From an uncultured virus (IMG/VR IMGVR_UViG_3300025033_000016) (taxonomy: Duplodnaviria > Heunggongvirae > Uroviricota > Caudoviricetes): a DNA stretch of 64,000 nucleotides. Made by a program: the position numbers and the translations under genes. Of this stretch, positions 39,201-48,424 are shown piece after piece; the first letter of the stretch is position 1; every line of letters starts with the position of its first letter. Under the pieces are notes generated by a model. The model was given only the letters and a program-made list of their open reading frames with translations, made no database searches and had not been told where the DNA came from. Where the stretch lies: IMG/VR virus record IMGVR_UViG_3300025033_000016; one strand, given 5' to 3'.

Positions 39201-39532
39201 GAAGTGAGGCTAGACAGCTCTAAAAGCCGTAGTTCTGAAGCTTTGGTAAAACTCTCGCCTCCAGGCGTGTTCTGACGCTCTAGGAAGCCCGTGGTTGCAT
39301 TTGTTTCATACTGTCTTAGGATTCTATCATCGTAGGATAAAAGTTGATTCAGGGTCGTTGTAGAGCTTCCTACGGCATCTCCGAAAAGCTTGAAGCCTCT
39401 GCGAGGTTCGATGAGGTCATCCTTGTCAATGACTACGTTCTTAGCCTCTAGAAGGGCTCCATCAGGTACAGCAGACTTATTGTTTGCCTGTGTGTATATA
39501 CCTTTAGCTTTTAATACCAGCCTGTCTGCCAC
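36281..39532 (-). CDS. Tail nozzle / tubular protein B-like with three inserted T...HGL..G..V.I beta modules
   Basis: P.GALLEA.NV.I, RRGF, RLYYSK, AWTTW, WG..SWG..AWGG C-terminus. Confidence 0.65.
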   Translation of the reverse strand: MADRLVLKAKGIYTQANNKSAVPDGALLEAKNVVIDKDDLIEPRRGFKLFGDAVGSSTTTLNQLLSYDDRILRQYETNATTGFLERQNTPGGESFTKASELRLLELSSLTSTGTAVTAATISAHGLATGDSVVIAGAADAEYNGSFTATVTSTTEFTYTAASAPAVSPDTGDSFLLEATANDILEPDSGVKIQSAEVNGNLYFTTKEGVKKLDAFNSTIVPAGVPKALDFTVELDNTTSANWFADDQQRGYRVVWGIKDANNNLILGAGSSRSFITNPNAGIAQATKLTISIPENITTAHFYQIYRTSGSPDEATPPSEDYQLVYEDNPSYADLAAGELSVLDIQLDLYRGAAFYQNDTQEGDGQANTQPPFAKDIALYNNITFYANTKTRHQFSLDLTGLDFILPEYTISTISVDTAAVVTTSEAHGLTSGQSVDITGTNSTPVIDGTRVVTVLSATTFSVPVTTSGAGSAGTVTDTNTTVTFTGSSTTFDITFASSENLASGVAKKFTSGTVAENIEDTARSIIRAINGATANSIVTSSYVSMPNDPPGKIVIESRELNDGGFTLQAFNAFSGGFSAFNPALTNATNSENNEKTNRLYYSKLNEPEAVPALNFFRVGGGDTEIVRIKALRDSLFVFTTEGIFRVTGSTPQQLNLSGFDQTAKIEARESVATLNNTIYVFTDQGITSVSDTGVSIVSRQIEDQLLNLLDPDFTSFSTATFGVAYQSDRKYILFTVKDEADTTATIAFVYNTITEAWTTWDLSKTCGIVNSFDDKLYLGASDTNYMEQERKEFNYKDHADRQHNINVTAVSNQITQVQATSPAIITATNHGLENGDIITIRDCDAIPSIDDVEYEITIIDSNTFTIPAAVTGAGTTGTWSALNREVPVSLEVDIITNIQVGDIIEQSLSRTVVTPSGSTTYSYELESEVVAVDTDNLLVTMNRNLRFQVDSAIVYDGYEKKVTYAPVHAGNPAATKHFRQAHVMFDDYRGSEISLIFNSETSRTEDTTSIEINLFGNWGMFSWGELAWGGDPYEEAMRTIIPRNKQRCRLLNVTYKTSVAREKWELEGIALYYRMVSDRTGDP

Positions 39533-39542
39533 GGTATACTCC

Positions 39543-40487
39543 TTATGAGCCGAATCTGCTTCGTCGTCTGTTTACTAGGAGGCTGTTTTGTTGTACTGCT
39601 TTGCGGCCAGGAGCCTCTATCCTAGCATCTAGTATGTTTAATAGTCTCTGCTCTAGCTTCTGTAATCTAGCGGCTGCATTCTTAAGCCCTTCAGTGTCGC
39701 CTATAGACTCTAGCACCTTGCAAGTGACTGCTTGTTCTAGGATAGGGATTACGTCTGTAGGAATCTGAGGTGTAGGGGCTTCTCCAGCTGAGCATACATA
39801 GTCTCCTACTTGTAATTCAGAGGGCAGTGCTGTAGAGGTAGTAATAGTCTTGTTTCCTGTACTAACAGACGCAACGCTAATATCGAAATCATAAATCTCT
39901 TGGTTAGCTACTGCTTTAACAAAGTCAACGGATGAGGAGCTAGTTATGTTAGTTGGGAATCTGCTTACAGTAACGGTGTTGGTGTCGGTATCTATAGCCG
40001 TAATAGTACCTACTCTAGAAGTTAGTACCAAATCATTAGGTCTAAGGTAGTAATACACTCTGAGAGTACCTACAGACGCTTCGCGCTTAGCTAGTACGAT
40101 CTTATTGGACTTTAGGTAGTAACCTCTGCTATATGAAGACTCATAATACCCGTCCCCTGAACCGTCAATGTAATCTAGCGGTACGTTTGGTAGAGCCGCA
40201 CGCTCACCGCCTTGGTTATCTAACGGCTTGATGATACGAACTCGCATACCAATGGCACGATATGGTAAGTCATATTCAAGGGTGTTTTGGTTAACCGCGA
40301 CATCTGTGTAAGTAAGGAAGAACTCCTCACGAGTGCTGAGGATTAGCGGAACCATGTTCTCGTCTATTTCCTCGTTAGCAAAACGTAGAATATCCTCATC
40401 CGTGATGTTACCGCTAGAGTCAGGTATAGAGGCCCGGTTTCGGACACTCGTTACTAGATCGTCAACTGTGTATTTCTTGCCAGCCAT
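39543..40487 (-). CDS. Head-tail adaptor / tail tubular protein A-like
   Basis: T..DL...V..R, I..F.NEE, Y.LP.RA, YY.RP; adjacent to the nozzle gene. Confidence 0.65.
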   Translation of the reverse strand: MAGKKYTVDDLVTSVRNRASIPDSSGNITDEDILRFANEEIDENMVPLILSTREEFFLTYTDVAVNQNTLEYDLPYRAIGMRVRIIKPLDNQGGERAALPNVPLDYIDGSGDGYYESSYSRGYYLKSNKIVLAKREASVGTLRVYYYLRPNDLVLTSRVGTITAIDTDTNTVTVSRFPTNITSSSSVDFVKAVANQEIYDFDISVASVSTGNKTITTSTALPSELQVGDYVCSAGEAPTPQIPTDVIPILEQAVTCKVLESIGDTEGLKNAAARLQKLEQRLLNILDARIEAPGRKAVQQNSLLVNRRRSRFGS

Positions 40488-40506
40488 TTAGACCTCCTGT
40501 TAGGTC

Positions 40507-40797
40507 TTAAAGGCCCAGCATTTTTTTAATACGAGCTTTCTCGTCGTCTTCTTCATCGTCTTCGCTGAGTTCTTCAACACTAGATAGAGCTTGGAGGTCG
40601 TCTTCTTCTTCCATATCATCCATGTCTTCAGCCATCATTTCCATAGCTTCTTCTTTAGGCATACGTTGCATGTCGAGTTCAGCTACTAGAGCCTCGTCTT
40701 CATCCATGTTCTTCATCATTGCTTCGCTAGCAAGCTTCTTGATGGCCTTAAGGACATCCTTCTGTGCTTGCATACTTACGTCTAATCCTTTTTTCAT
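40507..40797 (-). CDS. Small acidic protein
   Basis: Asp/Glu/Met-rich; SD present. Confidence 0.65.
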   Translation of the reverse strand: MKKGLDVSMQAQKDVLKAIKKLASEAMMKNMDEDEALVAELDMQRMPKEEAMEMMAEDMDDMEEEDDLQALSSVEELSEDDEEDDEKARIKKMLGL

Positions 40798-40810
40798 GGT
40801 CTATCCTTCC

Positions 40811-41344
40811 TTATACCGCAGCTTCGCCGAATACAGAGGAGCGTACAGTTCCAAGAGTTCCGCCAGCTAGAGTTCCAGCACTTGCAGTGATAGTAGTGTC
40901 GCCTACTAGAGTGATAAGGTTACTAGCTACGCCAAGCTCAACAGCAGTTACAGTAACTACAGCTCCCACCGCAGCAGCGGTTACGTACAAGGATAGTGTG
41001 GGGTGTGCACTGATAATAGCTGCAAGACTAGTAGCTGTATCTGCATCAGTAGCTCCTACTTCAAACTGTACGTTAGTAGCTGGGGCGTCCTTAGCGGTAA
41101 GCGTAACCCCTGCAATAACGCAAGTATCGTTCTCAACTACAGTATCAAGAGTAAGGGTGCCGGAAGCTTTTACAGGAGATACATTTACGTCAATCTGACC
41201 ATGTGTAGAGCCAGCTTGGAGCTTCTTAATATAGTTCTTGATCTTTTGAGCTTGTCTTTGAGGATTACCTGCTCCTGATAATGCGTCGTCCTCTAGCTGA
41301 GCTTGAGACTCGTTAGTTCTTAGGGTTATTTGTAATAGTGCCAT
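40811..41344 (-). CDS. Virion structural/decoration protein
   Basis: ASGTLT...VVTVTA...G...N..TL beta domain. Confidence 0.55.
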   Translation of the reverse strand: MALLQITLRTNESQAQLEDDALSGAGNPQRQAQKIKNYIKKLQAGSTHGQIDVNVSPVKASGTLTLDTVVENDTCVIAGVTLTAKDAPATNVQFEVGATDADTATSLAAIISAHPTLSLYVTAAAVGAVVTVTAVELGVASNLITLVGDTTITASAGTLAGGTLGTVRSSVFGEAAV

Positions 41345-41385
41345 TTGCTATCTCCTTGTAGTTGGCTTATTAGCCTTAGTTAATG

Positions 41386-41408
41386 GTTTGTTTATGAGCC
41401 TATTATTA
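41386..41408 (-). promoter_or_regulatory. Candidate late promoter TAATAA-N10-AACAAAC
   Basis: Member of the recurrent motif. Confidence 0.5.
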
Positions 41409-41586
41409 ATCCTAGGATGAGTAAGCTCTGTAATACGAGTAACACTTTGTATTTAATAGGTAATCTGCGCTCTATCTTGATTCTAGTGACTTCAACGGTA
41501 ACGGGGATCTGCTTCTCAATAGCTCCAGTGTCTTTATTCTTCTTAACTGGTAAGACAGTTACGCCTTTACTTTCCTTGCTCATCAC
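41392..41586 (-). CDS. Small protein with C-terminal TM
   Basis: Hydrophobic C-terminus. Confidence 0.55.
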   Translation of the reverse strand: MMSKESKGVTVLPVKKNKDTGAIEKQIPVTVEVTRIKIERRLPIKYKVLLVLQSLLILGLIIGS

Positions 41587-41806
41587 TACTATCCTTAGTA
41601 TTTCCTAGGTTACGCCTTAGTACATAAATAGCACCGAGCGCTGAAATTGCGGCTCCATACTCTACCCCGTTAAATTGTTCTACGGTTAAATCGCCTATAG
41701 TAATACCAGATAGTAGGAGCTTAGCAGTAGCTGCTAGAAAGCCTATAATAAACGCAGTATGTGTTACTGAGGGCTTACCAGTGGAATCTTTTATTAGGTA
41801 CTTCAT
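41567..41806 (-). CDS. Holin-like two-TM protein
   Basis: Two hydrophobic helices and a charged C-terminal tail. Confidence 0.5.
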   Translation of the reverse strand: MKYLIKDSTGKPSVTHTAFIIGFLAATAKLLLSGITIGDLTVEQFNGVEYGAAISALGAIYVLRRNLGNTKDSSDEQGK

Positions 41807-41810
41807 GGAA

Positions 41811-42161
41811 TTACGATTCCCAAGTAGCCGATACAGTAACTTGACTGTTGTTTTGATCGACTCGTCTAATCTCTAGCTCATTAGCATTAGTGATGCCGCG
41901 AAAGGTAAACAAGGTAGCTGTTGGTATTTGGAACCCCGCTCCTGCGCCGCCTTTTCGTACTTCAATTGTCTGCCCTGTTTGATTAGAGATTGTTAGCTGA
42001 TTGCAGGCTTGGTCTGCGAAGGCTGCCCAATCAGACCCTACTGCTGCGGTCTGGGCAGTTAAAACTCCAGAAGCGTCTACGGCAGTAGTTACGCGTAATC
42101 GCCGGGCGGTGTTATCATATGATAGTTTGATTGCTTGGTTTGCGTCTAATCTTCCGGCCAT
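41811..42161 (-). CDS. Small beta-rich virion protein
   Basis: LDANQ...RLRV N-terminus, beta pattern. Confidence 0.5.
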   Translation of the reverse strand: MAGRLDANQAIKLSYDNTARRLRVTTAVDASGVLTAQTAAVGSDWAAFADQACNQLTISNQTGQTIEVRKGGAGAGFQIPTATLFTFRGITNANELEIRRVDQNNSQVTVSATWES

Positions 42162-42221
42162 GTTAAATAGATTCCTTCTATTCTGTACGCATAAGCGTAG
42201 GTTGGTACTAAATTGTACGGG

Positions 42222-42497
42222 CTATTTGTTGGTATCCGCTTTATAGTCCTCGGCTAGCCACTTACCCTCTGGGCAGGACTCTTGCTTTAGCTTAGTCTTA
42301 GCTGAGAGAAAACATTTACAGACCCCACACTGGTTGGTGAGGGCTATGCGCTTAGGGCATCCATTGCAGATATCCTGACGAGCTTTAGCTGTTTCTTCGC
42401 TGACGTATTGATCTACCCCGGTAGCTGCGTTTTTAGCGGCTTTAAACAGGCTTTTAAGGCCACTCTTTAGTACGGAGTACTTCTTGTCATCCGGCAC
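42222..42497 (-). CDS. Cys-rich metal-binding protein (DUF6171-like)
   Basis: R..IC..CP......C..C.CFL..K......CP..KW. Confidence 0.7.
   Translation of the reverse strand: MPDDKKYSVLKSGLKSLFKAAKNAATGVDQYVSEETAKARQDICNGCPKRIALTNQCGVCKCFLSAKTKLKQESCPEGKWLAEDYKADTNK
42224..42246 (-). promoter_or_regulatory. Candidate late promoter CTATAA-N10-AACAAAT
   Basis: Member of the recurrent motif; followed by AGCCC as at 47361. Confidence 0.5.
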
Positions 42498-42945
42498 GAT
42501 TTAACGCCTCTAAGACCCCTTGTAGGCCCTGTAAATCAGCGCCATCGATACCCCCGCAATGTCCATACTCGTTTTCAGGGGATTGCTCTTCTTTAACGAA
42601 TACGTAGAACATAGGGGCTACGATTTTAGGGGACTTGACTGGTACTCCTAGGTCATCTAGCAAGACCTTGGTTAGGATGTTCCCCGCTGCGTCTTGAACT
42701 GGAGTACCTTTATCGTCAGTTTCTGGTACTACAGTGTCTTGAGTGTCTGCATATTGAGTGTAGAACTCCATGATCTTGTTTAGATCTGCTTGGAAGAAGT
42801 TAATGTTGCCATACGTCTCAGAGAACTGCTGATAAGGCTTCTTAGCCATCTCACAAGCCTGACAGCCTGGCATATATACTAGGAGTACCGATACGGTAGC
42901 TTCTTTTAGAGCCGATAAGTTAGCTTGGTCTACTTCTTTTATCAT
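42487..42945 (-). CDS. Thioredoxin-fold protein
   Basis: YMPGCQAC (CxxC), later APMF cis-Pro position. Confidence 0.7.
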   Translation of the reverse strand: MIKEVDQANLSALKEATVSVLLVYMPGCQACEMAKKPYQQFSETYGNINFFQADLNKIMEFYTQYADTQDTVVPETDDKGTPVQDAAGNILTKVLLDDLGVPVKSPKIVAPMFYVFVKEEQSPENEYGHCGGIDGADLQGLQGVLEALNRAG

Positions 42946-42953
42946 ACCGATCT

Positions 42954-42982
42954 AGTATAGCATACCAGAGAGGCTCTGTCAA
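42954..42982 (-). promoter_or_regulatory. sigma70-type promoter TTGACA-N17-TATACT
   Basis: Near-consensus with TGn; 8 nt before ATG 42945. Confidence 0.8.
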
Positions 42983-43034
42983 GCACTAGCACACGAGGCT
43001 AGCGTGATGATTAGGATTGCGTATAGGGTTTTCA

Positions 43035-44912
43035 TTAGTTTGGCCCCTGACATAAAATGTAAAATTCGTTATCGGTACATGCGTTTGTTGAGGACCCTGT
43101 TTGAGACACGCATCCGATAGAAGCAGCAGTGGGGCTTGTAATATTTATATGCGCACTTCTAATAGTTGTTGTTTCCGTCGTGTTGACACTGGGAACACAG
43201 GTAGGGTTTCCAGAATATGTTCCAACGGGGAAAGTAATGGCACACCTGTTGCCCGATATATTCCCTACAGTCACCCCATCGATAGAAGTTTCTTGAATTG
43301 CGGAGCTTGAAGAGCAGTTCAGTTTAATCCTATCTGTTTTCTCCACCCCCTCACTGCTAGTAGTCACCGCCTGCTTAAGCAAAGGAGCGGGAGTGTGCGC
43401 GTTCCAAATACAGCCAGTCATTGCTATGTTTGAAGGGTATGTTTCGGCTGCTGTTCTTGGCGTTCCGTTTGAACCATCTGATGATGGTGATGTAATAGCT
43501 ACGTTTGAGGTAGCTCCACCAGTTGTGGCGTTGGCGACATATGCGTCTGTTCTAATGCCAAGATTTGATGCTCCAGCAAAATAAGAAGCCCCACCTTGCT
43601 GCCATGTATGACTGTGAGGTGTTTCTGATTTGTTGTGATAGTGACCTTGAAGACGATCCTCAGTCACATCACCAAGTGCAGAACCTCCCTTCGATCTACC
43701 GTTAATGGTCTGACTACCAGTACCTCGAACAAACACACCTTCAAGATTCGGCAAGTTAAAAGTAGTCGATCCATCGCCAACACCAAAAGTTGTACCGATC
43801 ACATTAAATAAAGTCGCGTATGTTGAGCGAGATACCGCGCTTCCGTCTGCCTTTAAAGAGTTTGCGGGGCACGTTGACTTTGCAGAGTAGAACACCGTTC
43901 CCATTACGTCTGCGGTTTGCCCAATCTTCTGCACCTGCGAGGATGCGGAGGGGAAGCGTTTGATTTGTAGGTATGAAGTGTTCCCGGACGCCTGCCCTTC
44001 CATAGTCAGAGTAGAGGACGAGTTATTACCTGAACCAAAAAACCTAAAGCCAGCACTGAACCCGGCATCAATATCCGATTGTTTTACCTCAAACTCACAT
44101 TCAACAGATCGCGTTAAATTTTCCCCGGCTTGAGGCGTATCGCGCTGCCCTCTACAAAGATCAGTACTGCTATTGTAATCAAAGAAAGAAACGTAGTAGG
44201 TCGAATTTAATACGTTACTTGGAGAAATAGACGCTATGGCATATACGTTATATTTACCTGGTCTTTTCGGTTCAAATCTATATGTAGAAGTATTCCACTC
44301 CCCATAGTTGTCCCAATTTTCGGCATTTAACTCCAAAGCAACATATGATGCATTTGTGTTGATTCCAGTCTGGGGCGTGGATGCATAGGCTCTTATTATA
44401 CTCTCAGCCTGAGCCACAGTCCCCAAGTTAGTAGCCTCGCCTATGTAGAAATTACCAGCGTTAAAAGCAGCCGCAGCGTTATCAGTAGCTTCGATTACAA
44501 CAGCAGGTACAGCAGTGCCGCTAGAATAACATGGGAAGTTAAATGATATAGCTTGAGTACCAGAGGATACATTAGTAAGCTGCTGCTCTTGAGATACAAC
44601 AGTAGAGTCTGTCTGGACATAAGCCTTGTATAACGACGCGTCTCCGAAATAGTCGAACTTAGCTTCACAATTCTTGCCTTGTACTTCTTTAGTAAAAGCA
44701 CTAGCTAAGAACAGAGCCTTTTCACCGCTAGCATCAGCATTAATAGCAAAAGAGCTTACGCCATCTAGTGTGTTCGTAGTATCCCTAGTTACAATGCTAT
44801 CAGAGTCAGTAACATTGGCTATATTCTTAGATGCCTTAGGGTTTAGTATAAAATTCCTAGGTGAATTAATACCTTGGATATATGATGCTAATAATTGCCT
44901 GTTGGAACTCAT
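43035..44912 (-). CDS. Tail fiber / receptor-binding protein with tail-collar domain
   Basis: ADGSAVSRSTYATLFNVIGTTFGVGDGSTTFNLPNLEGVFVRG collar signature; C1q-like segment upstream. Confidence 0.85.
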   Translation of the reverse strand: MSSNRQLLASYIQGINSPRNFILNPKASKNIANVTDSDSIVTRDTTNTLDGVSSFAINADASGEKALFLASAFTKEVQGKNCEAKFDYFGDASLYKAYVQTDSTVVSQEQQLTNVSSGTQAISFNFPCYSSGTAVPAVVIEATDNAAAAFNAGNFYIGEATNLGTVAQAESIIRAYASTPQTGINTNASYVALELNAENWDNYGEWNTSTYRFEPKRPGKYNVYAIASISPSNVLNSTYYVSFFDYNSSTDLCRGQRDTPQAGENLTRSVECEFEVKQSDIDAGFSAGFRFFGSGNNSSSTLTMEGQASGNTSYLQIKRFPSASSQVQKIGQTADVMGTVFYSAKSTCPANSLKADGSAVSRSTYATLFNVIGTTFGVGDGSTTFNLPNLEGVFVRGTGSQTINGRSKGGSALGDVTEDRLQGHYHNKSETPHSHTWQQGGASYFAGASNLGIRTDAYVANATTGGATSNVAITSPSSDGSNGTPRTAAETYPSNIAMTGCIWNAHTPAPLLKQAVTTSSEGVEKTDRIKLNCSSSSAIQETSIDGVTVGNISGNRCAITFPVGTYSGNPTCVPSVNTTETTTIRSAHINITSPTAASIGCVSQTGSSTNACTDNEFYILCQGPN

Positions 44913-46816
44913 TAAATGTTATCCTCTCTCGCAGAAAGTCTCCAAAGAGACGCGCTGTCATCCCAGCGTAATGTTAGAATAGCGCCAGCATATGAAACCC
45001 ATGAACCGCTCATAGCGATACCATTACCATCTTCAAGTAAAATAGCGTTATCATCAGAAGTGCCTATGACGCGTAGAGTCTGTCCATCAACAGTACCAGC
45101 ACTTATCTGCGGGTTAGTCGTAACATCTACAATACCGCTAGCTGTGTCAACGTAGATATCCTCGTCAGTCCCCGCTGTGGCTGTAATGCCCGTAGCGTCT
45201 ATCTCGATAGGAGCTGCTGAAGTACCTGTTACAGTTCTACCGCCGCCGCCGCCGCCTGAGCCTCCAATAACACGCCATCTAGAATCCGTAGTATCATAGA
45301 ACATATAAAGACTAGCGCCGTCATCTAATCTGATATCCTGCCCGGTGCCTGTAAGAATCCTGTTAGCTGCTGTAACTATGGAACTAGACTCATTTTTAAC
45401 AGTAAACGTATCACCGCCGTCATTAGTCAACACAAAGAATAAAGAATCACTAGCTGGGGCTGTAATGCCCCCTACCTCATTAGTAAAGGAGCTTACATTG
45501 GTGAGTTTCTTAATATAAGTAGTTGGTAGAGATACCGGGTCAGAAGATCCGTAAAGAGTATTATCCTCTTGTTGAGTGCCTTTTAGAGCTGCTTCGAAGG
45601 TGTGGGTAGCTTCTGATTTAACTTCGCCAGTGCCTGACGGCACTAATCGTACATCAGTATTAGCGCCAGCCCCTGCTACTGCTCCATTAGTTCCAATGAA
45701 AAGATCATTAACTCTAACGAAGAGCCCATCAATATACACAGCGCCACTTAGAGCATCAAGGGTTAAGTCTGCTCCATTTGAGTTAATAGTATCAATGTTT
45801 AACACTGCGTTCATTATAACTTTACCTGTAGCAGCAGGGTCTATCGTCAAATCTCCAGTAGAGGTAGAGATAGTATTAGCATTTAATACAATATTATCTA
45901 TAACAACCTCAGTGGCTGTTAAGTTTAAATCACCTGAACTTACATCTATCGTATAGTCTCCGCTAGAGTGTGTGTGTGTTGTAGTACCGCCATTAGTTAG
46001 TATGCTAGTTCCTGATGCAACTAGATCATTACTTAAATTAATAACTCCAGTACCGTCAGCAGTTAGGGTTAAACTGCCATTAGTATTAGTTGCTGTAATG
46101 TTATTAGAAGTGTCTATTGTAACATTAGGTAGGACTAAGTCCCCAGCCGTAACTTCTAAATCCCCAGCCGTAACTTCTACTTTAGTTGTAGGCGCTAGGT
46201 TGATTGCGGCAGAGCTTTCTACTGAAAGCGTTCCTGCTGTAGACTCTAAGGTACTAGCTCCACCGTCTAGTGTGATAGTATCACCTGATACTACTAAATC
46301 GCTATCAATGTCTACATTACCGCCAGCTTCTGTAGTTAATACAATGCTATCAGTGCCTGTAGTAGTAAGCTCAATAACTCCTGTAGAAGTCACTTCAGTA
46401 CCAGTTACAGATAAATCTCCTAGTACTACGGAACCTGTACCATCTGGTACTAAGTTAATGTCTCCGTTAGTATCTGTAGCTGTGATGCTGTTGCCAGATA
46501 CTTCTAAGTTATCTACGTTCAATACTCCATTGACTGTTAGATCTTCAACATCTAGCTCAACGTCACCGTTCATTACAATCTTACCAGTACCATTGGGGTC
46601 TAATATAAGATCGCCGTTAGTGTTGGTAGTGCTGATAGTATTACCGTCTAGTTTAATATTATCAACTTCTACTGACTCTTCGATAATTACCTTTTGCCCA
46701 GAACCTGGGTCAATAGTTAAATCACCACTAGTGTTCTCAATAGTAGAATTTTCACCGTCTATGACGATGTTATCAGTAGTGATCTTTTTATCAATTATTC
46801 TTCCGACTTTACTCAT
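44912..46816 (-). CDS. Long tail fiber/shaft protein with beta repeats
   Basis: Repeated DN...GN.I..T.TNG.L.L.P.GTG units. Confidence 0.75.
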   Translation of the reverse strand: MSKVGRIIDKKITTDNIVIDGENSTIENTSGDLTIDPGSGQKVIIEESVEVDNIKLDGNTISTTNTNGDLILDPNGTGKIVMNGDVELDVEDLTVNGVLNVDNLEVSGNSITATDTNGDINLVPDGTGSVVLGDLSVTGTEVTSTGVIELTTTGTDSIVLTTEAGGNVDIDSDLVVSGDTITLDGGASTLESTAGTLSVESSAAINLAPTTKVEVTAGDLEVTAGDLVLPNVTIDTSNNITATNTNGSLTLTADGTGVINLSNDLVASGTSILTNGGTTTHTHSSGDYTIDVSSGDLNLTATEVVIDNIVLNANTISTSTGDLTIDPAATGKVIMNAVLNIDTINSNGADLTLDALSGAVYIDGLFVRVNDLFIGTNGAVAGAGANTDVRLVPSGTGEVKSEATHTFEAALKGTQQEDNTLYGSSDPVSLPTTYIKKLTNVSSFTNEVGGITAPASDSLFFVLTNDGGDTFTVKNESSSIVTAANRILTGTGQDIRLDDGASLYMFYDTTDSRWRVIGGSGGGGGGRTVTGTSAAPIEIDATGITATAGTDEDIYVDTASGIVDVTTNPQISAGTVDGQTLRVIGTSDDNAILLEDGNGIAMSGSWVSYAGAILTLRWDDSASLWRLSAREDNI

Positions 46817-46819
46817 CGC

Positions 46820-47311
46820 TTAACTTTCTTTAGGTAGGGCGAGTGCTCGGTACTTCATTACGCCCGTGTAAGGAGTGCCGCCCATGTTATCGCTAGTGTA
46901 TTGAATCTGGCCATCATTAGCGCCGCCTGAGATGATTGATAGAGTAACTCCAGTATCATCTCCTTGGTATTCTTGTGAGAAGGTCCAGGCTGAGTTCTTA
47001 TAGCGCAGGGTTAGCGTACCAGCTTCCATTAGCTCAGAGGAGCTATCATTGCGGTATATGTAGTAGTGTACGATTGCGGCTCTAGTAACGGCTGAATCAA
47101 ATAACAGTCCTGTCACGTTAGCGGCTACTGCTTGGTTATCTGAGATTACGGCTTGAGAAGCTGTAGGAGGAGCTAAGTCGCCCGTTACTGCCACTGAAGC
47201 TAGAGCGTCTGATACCGCAATAGCCCAATCAGTGGCGTCCGTTCCCCACTGTTCATTGTTAGAGGTGGGGTATCTATATGTTACGCCCTGTACTGTTAAA
47301 TTTACGGCCAC
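46820..47311 (-). CDS. Virion/tail protein
   Basis: Context; G..Y.YP...WG..ATDWA motif. Confidence 0.55.
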   Translation of the reverse strand: MAVNLTVQGVTYRYPTSNNEQWGTDATDWAIAVSDALASVAVTGDLAPPTASQAVISDNQAVAANVTGLLFDSAVTRAAIVHYYIYRNDSSSELMEAGTLTLRYKNSAWTFSQEYQGDDTGVTLSIISGGANDGQIQYTSDNMGGTPYTGVMKYRALALPKES

Positions 47312-47360
47312 TTAAGTTTCTCCCTTTGGCTAAAGGTTGGTAATCTAGTTCTAGTGGGCT

Positions 47361-47383
47361 ATTTGTTGTCTGGGATAGTAATA
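47361..47383 (-). promoter_or_regulatory. Candidate late promoter TATTAC-N10-AACAAAT
   Basis: Intergenic, upstream of the tail operon. Confidence 0.55.
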
Positions 47384-47390
47384 ACTGGGC

Positions 47391-47783
47391 TTAGTAAGTC
47401 CAGCGCCTACGGTCCGTTCGTAGGTCTACGTGTATAAAACCTTTAGGTCTGCCGTCCCCTACGGAGTTAAAATGCTTCTCGCATAGATCGTATAGCTTAT
47501 CTAGGTCGTGGCCTGTGATATCCACTGCCGTGCCTAGCATATGCTGGCTAGCCTTAGCTCCGCCTATTTTAGCATTGTGGGCTGGGCATCTATAGCCGCT
47601 AGTTACGGTGATTGGGGCTCCATACTCTTCTCTTAGCTTTTGAAGCTTCAGGATTAATTCTAAGGCGATGAAACTTACGGGGCAGCTACCACACTTACAA
47701 GTCAATTCGTGCGCACTGAAGGCAGCTGAGAGCTTCTCACGGCTATTGGGGTCTAGGGTTATATGAGTAGGCTTCTTAGACAT
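47391..47783 (-). CDS. Peptidase M15A endolysin
   Basis: F...E..CKCG, TSGYRC..HN..IGGA..SQH..G.A.D, FIHVD.R. Confidence 0.9.
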   Translation of the reverse strand: MSKKPTHITLDPNSREKLSAAFSAHELTCKCGSCPVSFIALELILKLQKLREEYGAPITVTSGYRCPAHNAKIGGAKASQHMLGTAVDITGHDLDKLYDLCEKHFNSVGDGRPKGFIHVDLRTDRRRWTY

Positions 47784-47788
47784 GCTCC

Positions 47789-48424
47789 CTATTTGTTGGG
47801 GAAGCTATTTATCCAAGATTCTATGGTAGAAAGGCTTACCGGAGCGTAGTTGTTAGCGCACACGCCTACGTCGAATTGGCGGCCTAGAATCTTAGTCGCC
47901 TCTTTCTTATTAGGACCTGAGTGTATATGACCTGAGATATGAAATTGCCCATTGTCAGGAGTAGAGCAGGCTCTGTGCTTAGGTCTATTTTCCCCGTGCC
48001 AATTATCTGTAACAAGGTCGGCTCCTGTTTTAGTATAATTAGAAGTGTCTTCTCTATACACCCCTAGTAGTGGGCAGTGGCTTAGGGTAACTCTTTGCTT
48101 TCCGACATAAATAACAGCCCCGTGCATAACGGCGTCGAATCCGGCTTCATACATGGCATTGTAGCCTTTATCGTGGTTGCCTACGATTAGTAATTTAGTA
48201 CCGTGGGTTTGACGTAAGAAGTTCTGTACTGAATGTGTATCAATGCCTACGTCGCCTAGAAAGTAAGTAATGCCGTTGGTAGGTACAGTATTGTTGAATC
48301 TAACTACCAAGGCTTCAAACATATGCTCTACGTCTTTAAACGGTCGTTTATCATATTCAATTGATCTAGCGTGGCCTAGGTGTAGATCTGCTGTGAAGAA
48401 TACGGGCTTGCGTTTGTTACTCAT
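47789..48424 (-). CDS. Metallophosphoesterase
   Basis: ADLHLGH, LGD, GNHD, GHIH, DVGV. Confidence 0.9.
   Translation of the reverse strand: MSNKRKPVFFTADLHLGHARSIEYDKRPFKDVEHMFEALVVRFNNTVPTNGITYFLGDVGIDTHSVQNFLRQTHGTKLLIVGNHDKGYNAMYEAGFDAVMHGAVIYVGKQRVTLSHCPLLGVYREDTSNYTKTGADLVTDNWHGENRPKHRACSTPDNGQFHISGHIHSGPNKKEATKILGRQFDVGVCANNYAPVSLSTIESWINSFPNK

Noticed and set aside
46140..46179. 19-bp tandem repeat TCCCCAGCCGTAACTTCTA
   Set aside because: In-frame duplication (EVTAGDL twice) within a repetitive fiber protein.
45972..46823. 283-aa plus-strand ORF and other antisense ORFs (e.g. 30527..31048, 375..758)
   Set aside because: Shadows of real genes on the opposite strand; low-complexity Ser/Val/Pro translations without RBS.
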